Part shown: piece by piece, positions 57,580 to 64,000 of the stretch
How positions within the stretch are numbered: the first letter of the stretch is position 1
How the letters are laid out: each line of letters starts with the position of its first letter
Source of the DNA: an uncultured virus (IMG/VR IMGVR_UViG_3300042430_001364)
Lineage: Duplodnaviria > Heunggongvirae > Uroviricota > Caudoviricetes
DNA: 64,000 nucleotides
Virus record (IMG/VR): IMGVR_UViG_3300042430_001364
Direction: 5' to 3' (one strand)
The notes under the pieces: generated by a model
Database searches by the model: none
Told to the model about the DNA's origin: nothing
Seen by the model: the letters and a program-made list of their open reading frames with translations, nothing else
Made by a program: the position numbers and the translations under genes

Positions 57580-57831
57580 TCAAAAAATTGCACCAGCATC
57601 TTTGTGCATCTTGATGATCTTGTCAAGCACTTGCAAAGCTAAACCAAAATTCATGCTGTCAATAGCGCTAATTAAAAGCTTTTTTAAATCGTAAAGTTCG
57701 CTTTGATCTACTCCAACAGTTTCGGTTTTCTGCGGAGAAACTAAACCCACAGGCGAATTTCTAGCGTACATTGAAGCCGCATCTTTAATGTTTGGCCCAA
57801 AAGAGATAGAATTGACAGGAGAAATCTGCAT
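57580..57831 (-). CDS. Hypothetical protein
   Basis: 83-aa ORF with GTGTAA motif (57843-57848, minus strand) 11 nt upstream. Confidence 0.6.
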   Translation of the reverse strand: MQISPVNSISFGPNIKDAASMYARNSPVGLVSPQKTETVGVDQSELYDLKKLLISAIDSMNFGLALQVLDKIIKMHKDAGAIF

Positions 57832-57875
57832 TCTAATTTATTTTACACTTTTTTCAAGAAAAATCCTAAAAACGC

Positions 57876-57881
57876 TTGACA
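57876..57881 (+). promoter_or_regulatory. Sigma70-type -35 box
   Basis: TTGACA starting 39 nt before ATG 57915. Confidence 0.55.
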
Positions 57882-57914
57882 CACCTGCAAAAATCACTTT
57901 GATCTACCTTGTAA

Positions 57915-58316
57915 ATGAAATTCACTCCCGAAAATATATCTTCTCTTGAGCCTCACCAAATCTTCGTATTTGGCAGCAATTTAGCTGGAATTCATGGTGC
58001 TGGAGCTGCTGCTCTTGCCCACAAGAAATTCGGCGCAATTTGGAAAAAAGGCGTTGGGCTTTATGGCCAATCTTACGCTTTGCCAACCAAAGATCATCAA
58101 ATCATTACTTTGCCGCTTTCTGACATTGAATACCAAATCGACTTGTTTTTAGGTACAGCTAGTCTCTTTCCTCAACTTGAGTTTTTGGTAACTAAAATTG
58201 GCTGCGGTCTTGCTGGATACAGCGTTGAAGATGTTGCCGCTTTATTTAAAGGAAAAGAAATTCCTTCTAACGTTATTTTGCCAGAATGCTTTCACAAAAT
58301 TATATATGAAAATTAA
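57915..58316 (+). CDS. Macro-domain-like phage protein (A1S_2505-like)
   Basis: IFVFGSNLAGIHGAGAA, SYALPT, VTKIGCGLAG. Confidence 0.75.
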   Translation: MKFTPENISSLEPHQIFVFGSNLAGIHGAGAAALAHKKFGAIWKKGVGLYGQSYALPTKDHQIITLPLSDIEYQIDLFLGTASLFPQLEFLVTKIGCGLAGYSVEDVAALFKGKEIPSNVILPECFHKIIYEN

Positions 58317-58527
58317 AATCACCAAAGAACAGCGAGCAAAGATTGCTGAGATTAGAAAACTAATTGCAGCTCATCAACTAGAGCAAGATAAGATTGTTGA
58401 TAGCTTTATCGCATCTATGAATTTAGGAGATGAAGTTGTTAACACGGGCACTTACGTTTGTAAGAAACAAGAAGTTGTTTGGGATTACATCTACAATGAT
58501 TCAAAATGGATGGTTGAACTGGAATAA
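58306..58527 (+). CDS. Hypothetical protein
   Basis: ATG-started ORF in dense small-gene cluster. Confidence 0.55.
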   Translation: MKIKITKEQRAKIAEIRKLIAAHQLEQDKIVDSFIASMNLGDEVVNTGTYVCKKQEVVWDYIYNDSKWMVELE

Positions 58528-58531
58528 CTTT

Positions 58532-58726
58532 ATGCAGCCCGACTTTATTGATTTTTTGCTTATTTTGTGGCTTTTAATGGGACCCAGCATATACATGGAA
58601 ACACATATGTCTGTAAATCTTAGACCTCAAAGAATTATCCTGTTTATTCTTTGCGGACCCGTCATGTGGTTTCTTGCATTGTTAAAATTAATACTATCTC
58701 CATTTTACCTCTGGATGACAAAATAA
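58532..58726 (+). CDS. Small membrane protein
   Basis: Two hydrophobic segments. Confidence 0.5.
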   Translation: MQPDFIDFLLILWLLMGPSIYMETHMSVNLRPQRIILFILCGPVMWFLALLKLILSPFYLWMTK

Positions 58727-58733
58727 TAAATTT

Positions 58734-58946
58734 ATGAAAGCAACACTAGAATTTAACTTACCCGAAGATAACTATGAGCATATGCGAGCTATTCATTGCA
58801 ATCAAGCATGGCACTCATTGTATGAAATTGATGCTATGTGCCGCAATTTATTGAAGTATGGCAACAATGATTGCAAAACTGTAGAACAACTTGCTCAAGC
58901 TATCCGAGCAGAAGCAGGAAATGCTCTTCATCAGGTCGAGGAATAA
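58734..58946 (+). CDS. Conserved small phage protein
   Basis: MKATLEFNLPED start. Confidence 0.65.
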   Translation: MKATLEFNLPEDNYEHMRAIHCNQAWHSLYEIDAMCRNLLKYGNNDCKTVEQLAQAIRAEAGNALHQVEE

Positions 58947-58948
58947 TT

Positions 58949-59149
58949 ATGAAACTATTTCAACGCTCTATCGGTCATTACATTTTTTGGGTTGGCTTTA
59001 TTTACTTTTGGGTAGGCATGTACAATCTGTTCATCGACAAATTCACCGATATATTTATTATTCAAATTGTCTGGTTGTTCATAACGGCTCTTCCCCTTTG
59101 GTTTAAACCTCTTGCTAAATTTTTAAATACAACTACATTATTCCAATGA
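58949..59149 (+). CDS. Small membrane protein
   Basis: Two hydrophobic segments. Confidence 0.55.
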   Translation: MKLFQRSIGHYIFWVGFIYFWVGMYNLFIDKFTDIFIIQIVWLFITALPLWFKPLAKFLNTTTLFQ

Positions 59150-59367
59150 AAAGCAAAATCCAACAACTTGAAGAAGAAATACATGAACAATGTGTATTGA
59201 ACGGTAAGGGTGCTGAACGTGAAGCAGCTTTGCTTAGCAAAGTCGAGCGTCTTGAGAAGGACAATGCTATCTTGAAGAAAAGGTATAATATTTTATTCCA
59301 ATATACGACAGATACGGATGTTAAAATACATAAGGCAATAATGGGCGCGCTTGACGTTGGTGAGTAG
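59146..59367 (+). CDS. Hypothetical coiled-coil protein
   Basis: EQCVLNGKGAEREAAL motif; ATGA overlap. Confidence 0.55.
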   Translation: MKSKIQQLEEEIHEQCVLNGKGAEREAALLSKVERLEKDNAILKKRYNILFQYTTDTDVKIHKAIMGALDVGE

Positions 59368-59374
59368 AAACATC

Positions 59375-59380
59375 TTGACA
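59375..59380 (+). promoter_or_regulatory. Sigma70-type -35 box
   Basis: TTGACA starting 35 nt before ATG 59410. Confidence 0.65.
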
Positions 59381-59409
59381 TTATATAAAAATTATACATT
59401 ATACACACT

Positions 59410-60009
59410 ATGAAAACAGAATTAGAACAAAAACTATTTGAGAAGTATCCAAAGATTTTCGGCGACCGTACCAAGCCAAAGACCGAGAGCTGTATGTGTT
59501 GGGGTCTTGAAGTGGGCGATGGTTGGTATGATCTTATTGATATTCTTTGCGAAGCTCTTACCTACACCTACACTACTTCTATCCAAGTAGATAAAGAAGA
59601 TGGTGAGCGTCTTGGTATCACACCGTTTATTAACAAGGACGAGGAAGCTACCTATTACTTTACAGTGCGGCCACCGCAAGTTATTGCAGAGCAAGTTAAA
59701 GAGAAGTTTGGCACACTTCGTTTTTATTATCGTCTTGAGTTTGACGAGAAAAACGTTTCTCTTTTAAATACTAAAAAGTATCCTGAACTTCAAAAAATCA
59801 ATGATCGGTTTAGTAATTATCTTGATGGCACCATTCATTTTGCGGAGACCGCTTCTGGCAAAACTTGTGAAGCGACGGGTCAACTTGGTGAACTGCATTC
59901 GCGTGGCGGGTGGTTAAAGACATTGAACAAACAATTCGCAAAGACTAATGTGACAACTCAAAACTATCTTCCTTACTCGGAGATTGTTAAAAATGAAAAT
60001 TGTAATTAA
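59410..60009 (+). CDS. Conserved phage protein (KEKFG family)
   Basis: VGDGWYDLI, QVKEKFGTLRFY, TCEATG..GGWLKTL. Confidence 0.7.
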   Translation: MKTELEQKLFEKYPKIFGDRTKPKTESCMCWGLEVGDGWYDLIDILCEALTYTYTTSIQVDKEDGERLGITPFINKDEEATYYFTVRPPQVIAEQVKEKFGTLRFYYRLEFDEKNVSLLNTKKYPELQKINDRFSNYLDGTIHFAETASGKTCEATGQLGELHSRGGWLKTLNKQFAKTNVTTQNYLPYSEIVKNENCN

Positions 60010-60268
60010 CACTTGTCACGGTGGCTTTGGGCTTTCTAAAGAAGCTCTTGCCCTTTATAATGAACGCGCTGGTACTGCGATTAAATATGAGGATGACATT
60101 AAGCGTAACGATCTTATTCTAATAGAAATTGTAGAGCAGCTAGGAGAAGCTGCTAACGGGGGTTTTGCAAAACTTAAAGTTGTAAAGATTCCCGATGATG
60201 TTCAATGGCAGATTGAAGAGTATGACGGCGTCGAATGGGTCGCTGAAAAACATAGAATTTGGAATTAA
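59993..60268 (+). CDS. Conserved phage protein
   Basis: KIVINTCHGGFGLS..IEEYDGVEWVAE. Confidence 0.7.
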   Translation: MKIVINTCHGGFGLSKEALALYNERAGTAIKYEDDIKRNDLILIEIVEQLGEAANGGFAKLKVVKIPDDVQWQIEEYDGVEWVAEKHRIWN

Positions 60269-60269
60269 T

Positions 60270-60494
60270 ATGAAAAATAATAAAGACATGAAAGTAGAAA
60301 TTGATCCAGATACAGCTGACGGTATTGTTCGCGCTTCCTTAAAGCAGACTATTGAATACCTTCATGAAGACATTGCAGACCTCAAAAAGAAAAAGAAAAC
60401 CGAGTATTATCAAAAACACGAGTTGGGTGAACTCATTATAACTTTGGACGCTATGGAAAAGACTTTTGATTATTACGGAGGTAACTTAAAATGA
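60270..60494 (+). CDS. Hypothetical protein
   Basis: ATG-started coupled ORF. Confidence 0.55.
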   Translation: MKNNKDMKVEIDPDTADGIVRASLKQTIEYLHEDIADLKKKKKTEYYQKHELGELIITLDAMEKTFDYYGGNLK

Positions 60495-60781
60495 TAATCC
60501 AAGTAACACAAAAAGATATTGACAAAGGACTCAAATCAACTTGTTATGAATGTCCAGTCGCTCTTGCGTTTAAACGTAAAGTTAAAAATCAAATTCGTTA
60601 TGGATTCGCTGTTAATGCTGAATCCATAGAACATTTTACCAAAGACATGTGGTATATTTACGCTCTACCTAAAGAGGCAAAAAAATTCATTCAACGATTC
60701 GATCACGATCAACCTGTAAAACCATTCACATTTGAAACACAAAAAGACAAAGTGAAAAACCATCCACTTTCGAAGTACTAA
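60491..60781 (+). CDS. CxxCP protein, paralog 1
   Basis: VTQKDIDKG..CYECPVALAFKR..FIQRFD..VKPFTFE. Confidence 0.65.
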   Translation: MIIQVTQKDIDKGLKSTCYECPVALAFKRKVKNQIRYGFAVNAESIEHFTKDMWYIYALPKEAKKFIQRFDHDQPVKPFTFETQKDKVKNHPLSKY

Positions 60782-60788
60782 AGACAAA

Positions 60789-61055
60789 ATGAAAATTAAA
60801 GTTACTCTTAAAGATATTGAAGAAGGATATAGAGGGAGTTGTTATGATTGCCCCGTAGCTCTTGCATTTAAACGGGAAGTTAAACCGACAACCCAAATTG
60901 GGTTGAATGTTGGCGCTGAACGAATACTTCATCGCGAAGTACATGAATGGGACACATACACGCTGCCTAAAAAAGCGCAAACTTTTATTAAACGATTTGA
61001 TGATGGGAAACCGGTTAAGCCATTCACTTTTGAAATTGAAAAGGATTTAAAATGA
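60789..61055 (+). CDS. CxxCP protein, paralog 2
   Basis: VTLKDIEEG..CYDCPVALAFKR..FIKRFD..VKPFTFE. Confidence 0.65.
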   Translation: MKIKVTLKDIEEGYRGSCYDCPVALAFKREVKPTTQIGLNVGAERILHREVHEWDTYTLPKKAQTFIKRFDDGKPVKPFTFEIEKDLK

Positions 61056-61531
61056 AAAAGAATAAAGATTTAGAATACTATCAGAACGAATGCCAACGTC
61101 TTCGTTCCGAACTTAACTATAAGTTCCAGACTGATCCGGTAACTGCAAGTGCAGCCGCCAGAGAAGACCAGCGGCTTTACCGTAAGGTGGGCAAGAAGTT
61201 CATTCCTGCAAATGACCCATACGCTTATGATGGTCTCCGTGAAGGCTTTTGGCTCATTCATATTACACAAGGATGCACTTCTATTCGTCAGCAAATTTAT
61301 CCAGAGAAGTCTGCAATTACTGCGGCGGCTCGTCTTATGGAAAATAAGCTAGTTGATATTATCCGTAAAGCATGTGAGGCTCGTCCTGCCAAAATTACTC
61401 TATCTCCCGAAGAAAAGAAAGATTGGGATAAATTTGTTGCGAAACACGGTGACTCGTTTAATACTCTTTGCTATCCTTCTATTCAAGAGAATGCAGAGAA
61501 GATTGTTGCTGCTTTGGTTGATAACAAATGA
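61052..61531 (+). CDS. Hypothetical protein
   Basis: Coupled ORF, LYRKVGKKFIP motif. Confidence 0.55.
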   Translation: MKKNKDLEYYQNECQRLRSELNYKFQTDPVTASAAAREDQRLYRKVGKKFIPANDPYAYDGLREGFWLIHITQGCTSIRQQIYPEKSAITAAARLMENKLVDIIRKACEARPAKITLSPEEKKDWDKFVAKHGDSFNTLCYPSIQENAEKIVAALVDNK

Positions 61532-61821
61532 AAGCTGAACAACAAAGAATCGCCATTGCTGAAGCGACAGGATGGAAGTGTAGCGAATACTCGCACGAAT
61601 TGGGGCGACTTGTCGCGCAGTTCATCCCCGACTTCATTCACGACTTGAACGCTATGCAATCGGCGGAGAACACTCTCAGTGTTAGAGACAAACAGGGTTA
61701 TATCTCAATTTTGCGCAATATTTGCACAGTCGCAGGGTGTTGGCCGGAAACGGCCACCTCCGCCCAACGCGCAGAAGCTTTTCTCCGCACGATTGGCAAA
61801 TGGGAGGACGACAAATGTTGA
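61528..61821 (+). CDS. Hypothetical protein (NinX/ABA-sandwich-like)
   Basis: IAEATGW..PDFIHDLNAM..ATSAQRAEAFL. Confidence 0.5.
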   Translation: MKAEQQRIAIAEATGWKCSEYSHELGRLVAQFIPDFIHDLNAMQSAENTLSVRDKQGYISILRNICTVAGCWPETATSAQRAEAFLRTIGKWEDDKC

Positions 61822-62186
61822 GAGAAGCCGATAGAGTTATGGAATGGAGAAAAAAGTACGAAGAATTGGAAGAGTATCTTCGCTTTATCGGCAAACAAAT
61901 TCCTTGTAATACTGGCGGCACGTTTGAAAATGATCCGCCCGATGCTATTATGGATGCTGTTGTAAGAGCATTAAACGCAGCGAGAGTGGAACCTATATAT
62001 AATAAAGAAGTATTCGACAACACTTTAGAGTCATTGCGTTATAATGTTGAACGCACTAAAGTATTTGAAGAAATTGCTGATATGCTTTATAAAGCAGGAT
62101 ATGATCAAAGAGATGCTGTTAAAAAGATTTACGAGATCGTAAGAGAGAAATATCCAATTGGTGTATATGGTCCTTCTACTCAATAA
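61815..62186 (+). CDS. Hypothetical protein
   Basis: GGAGG upstream of ATG 61815. Confidence 0.55.
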   Translation: MLREADRVMEWRKKYEELEEYLRFIGKQIPCNTGGTFENDPPDAIMDAVVRALNAARVEPIYNKEVFDNTLESLRYNVERTKVFEEIADMLYKAGYDQRDAVKKIYEIVREKYPIGVYGPSTQ

Positions 62187-62197
62187 CAAATAAATTT

Positions 62198-62413
62198 ATG
62201 TTTCAATACATTATCAAAGGAGATTGTTTTAAAGCCGTAGCTGTTAAATCAGAAATGAATCATATGGAGATGGGGGATTATGTGCGTGAACATAGCAAGA
62301 AAATACATAACGAATCGTATGATAGGGTATTTTCTCTTGGTGCTATAGATATAGTTAACCCAAAAGTTATGTCTCCTAATGATTTTGCGAATTGTGGACC
62401 TTATATTATTTAA
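62198..62413 (+). CDS. Hypothetical protein
   Basis: ATG-started ORF in cluster. Confidence 0.5.
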   Translation: MFQYIIKGDCFKAVAVKSEMNHMEMGDYVREHSKKIHNESYDRVFSLGAIDIVNPKVMSPNDFANCGPYII

Positions 62414-62417
62414 ATTT

Positions 62418-62837
62418 ATGTACGCATCAAACTATAGTAAAAACCTCATTACAGCGGAAGAGAAAGTAGCCGAGTTAATGAAGCAACGTGACGCACGCGA
62501 GGCCGAGTATATTCGCGGCGCACGAATGGTTGCCGAGTCCGCCTCCGCGTGGCAAGTCCGCGCCGAGAAAGCCGAAGAGCGTCTTGAATGGCTTGAAAGA
62601 TTTCTTCAAGCTGGAGGCACGAGCATAAATACCGTGTCTTATTATACTGTTGAAAATCATCCTGATGACACCGATGAAACACGTTTCAATATGCCATTTA
62701 AAATCGGCATGAGTGTGGAAACTGAGAATCGTGGTTGCTACCGGTGGGTTGAGTTTAGTAACGGCGCAAAAGGTATTTGCCCAGCTATTGATGCCGCTAA
62801 AATCAAATACGATGAATGGCGGCGAGAACAATTCTAA
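62418..62837 (+). CDS. Hypothetical protein
   Basis: Coiled-coil N-terminus, RLEWLE..AIDAA pattern. Confidence 0.55.
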   Translation: MYASNYSKNLITAEEKVAELMKQRDAREAEYIRGARMVAESASAWQVRAEKAEERLEWLERFLQAGGTSINTVSYYTVENHPDDTDETRFNMPFKIGMSVETENRGCYRWVEFSNGAKGICPAIDAAKIKYDEWRREQF

Positions 62838-62856
62838 AAAAAGTCATTAGAAACAC

Positions 62857-62902
62857 TTGACATCTAATGTAAAATAAGTAGGTTCTCTTTTGTTCTTTCA
62901 CA
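62857..62902 (+). promoter_or_regulatory. -35 box plus boxA-like antitermination element heading the RNA array
   Basis: TTGACA at 62857; TGTTCTTTCACA at 62891 (two mismatches to boxA TGCTCTTTAACA). Confidence 0.55.
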
Positions 62903-62904
62903 TC

Positions 62905-63085
62905 TTCCCTTCTGTGTTTATGCAGACCGCTGTATTCGCGTTTATAAAGTAAGCTCCATGTTGCTACGAAACTGGGTGATCTCTTGAAAAGATTCACGTT
63001 TCTTTACATCGTTTAAGAATTAGCGCACACAAGTGCATTCATCTTCTGGAAATGTTCTGGAAGACTTGTGTGGCAGGGGGAACCA
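62905..63085 (+). ncRNA. Unrecognised structured RNA 1, ending in CCA
   Basis: 5' TTCCCTTCTG pairs with 3' CAGGGGGAA followed by CCA; internal hairpins CACACAAG/CTTGTGTG and TCTTCTGGAA/TTCTGGAAGA. Confidence 0.5.
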
Positions 63086-63087
63086 AT

Positions 63088-63297
63088 TTTGAATAGCAGC
63101 TCGGAATGTAGAAGGTTGTTTCCATCTTCGGTACGAGCACGGGGTCTAACCGTCAGCGGAAAAGCATGGAAGTCACGAAAAGCCTCTGGGTTCATAACAG
63201 CACGTTTATGGGGAAATGTTAAACGTGTTGGAACCTATGCGTAAATAAGAAACTCGCTGAAGTGTAGTTATATAAAGCAAAACTACATCTATTCAAA
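63088..63297 (+). ncRNA. Unrecognised structured RNA 2 (multi-branch junction)
   Basis: Closing stem TTTGAATAG/CTATTCAAA; arms GCTCG/CGAGC, ACGG/CCGT, CAGCG/CGCTG, TGTAGTT/AACTACA; long inner hairpin 63187-63237. Confidence 0.55.
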
Positions 63298-63360
63298 TAA
63301 TTTAACATACACAGTAGTCCTCTTGATTCACGTCAATGACAATAATGGCTGTGTGCAATT

Positions 63361-63427
63361 TCCCTACCTGCATTGAAAGTCGGGTTCATCCGTGAAAGCA
63401 GAAATGCTTCTAGGTGCATGGTGGGGA
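63361..63427 (+). ncRNA. Unrecognised small three-way-junction RNA
   Basis: TCCCTACC/GGTGGGGA and TGCAT/GTGCA closing stems; CGGG-ttca-TCCG and AAGCA-gaaa-TGCTT hairpins. Confidence 0.45.
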
Positions 63428-63449
63428 TTCAATTTAAAATTTAATTTTT

Positions 63450-63524
63450 GCGGACGTGGTATATTAGTAGTGCAGCAGCCTCCAAAACTGCCTTATGAGG
63501 GTGCGATTCCCTCCGTCCGTGCCA
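63450..63524 (+). tRNA. trnW: tRNA-Trp (anticodon CCA)
   Basis: Acceptor GCGGACG/CGTCCGT, D stem GTAT/GTGC, anticodon loop CTCCAAA, T stem GAGGG/CCCTC, encoded 3' CCA. Confidence 0.82.
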
Positions 63525-63599
63525 ATTTCAAACACGAACTAAAAAATCGCAAATAAGATATACATTAGAACCAAACGCGAACACTTTTAGGGCAAATAA

Positions 63600-64000
63600 A
63601 TGATAGAGATAGACTTACATCCACAGCTCGTCGCAACCGCATTAGAATTAGCGGAAGATAAGCCAAAATTAAAAAACTCCATACGAGATGGTGATGGCTG
63701 GAAAATCGCCATGATCTCTGACCTAATGGTTCAAGAAGCTCTGGGCGGCGAAATCATTTCTCACGAAGACTACAACTCTGATTGGAAGTCAAACAAAGGA
63801 AAACGCTTTGAGATCAAAGCTAAAGAAAGAACAGTTAAGCCAAAGCCCCATTACAACTGCACCGTTTATCAGTTCAATACCTTACAGAAGTGCGATTACT
63901 ATTTATTCACCAGTATTCTCAAAGACTATTCTAAAGGTTACATTCTTGGTTACATGAATAAAAAATCATTTTTAAATCAATCTTTGAACTGCAAAAAAGG
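63600..64000 (+). CDS. Putative PD-(D/E)xK-like phage nuclease, runs off the window end
   Basis: My translation: MIEIDLHPQ..DYNSD..FEIKAKERTVKPKPHYNCTV..QKCDYYLF..GYILGY; absent from the ORF track because no stop lies in the window. Confidence 0.55.
   Translation, partial: MIEIDLHPQLVATALELAEDKPKLKNSIRDGDGWKIAMISDLMVQEALGGEIISHEDYNSDWKSNKGKRFEIKAKERTVKPKPHYNCTVYQFNTLQKCDYYLFTSILKDYSKGYILGYMNKKSFLNQSLNCKK

Noticed and set aside
525..63195. Numerous 60-120 aa antisense or alternate-frame ORFs in the ORF track
   Set aside because: They lie within well-supported genes or the structured-RNA region and have no motifs; treated as shadow ORFs.
62905..63297. tmRNA, RNase P RNA or group I intron
   Set aside because: No T-arm plus tag ORF, no GAGGAAAGUCC-type P4 motif, no recognisable intron core; also too short.
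63361..63427. Hammerhead ribozyme
   Set aside because: Three-stem layout is similar but the CUGANGA core is absent (TTGAAAGT instead).
1..64000. Bacterial chromosome or plasmid origin of the window
   Set aside because: Tail-tip operon, phage sigma factor, dense small hypothetical genes and lack of housekeeping operons point to a phage; no integrase or att site was seen.

Overview
A 64-kb segment of a large, AT-rich, tailed dsDNA bacteriophage. The host is probably Gram-negative, since the window encodes an outer-membrane lipoprotein and a beta-barrel. Left to right it holds: (1) two blocks of glycan-building genes (GT2, GT4, GT8, GT25, GT90, several SAM methyltransferases, Gmd) around ssb, a sigma factor, dUTPase and a C-free, G-tract-rich divergent spacer; (2) a bacterial-type replication/recombination block (ThyX, RecA, DnaB, primase, Cas4/RecB-like nuclease, and DNA polymerase III split into PHP, DEDDh exonuclease and catalytic genes), a ClpC-like ATPase and NrdAB; (3) a minus-strand lambda-like tail-tip operon (L-K-I-J) with many inserted adhesion domains and a J gene split in pieces; (4) a small beta-barrel, a deaminase and a T4 beta-glucosyltransferase-like gene; (5) a five-gene CsgF-CsgG-curlin-FecR-CHASE2/adenylate cyclase operon, the best candidate for an unusual system; (6) small hypothetical genes, then a promoter/boxA-led array of unrecognised structured RNAs followed by tRNA-Trp. 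Two promoter classes are visible: TTGACA about 35 nt before start codons, and GTGTAA about 8-11 nt before them. All family assignments come from motif recognition by eye; no database search was run.
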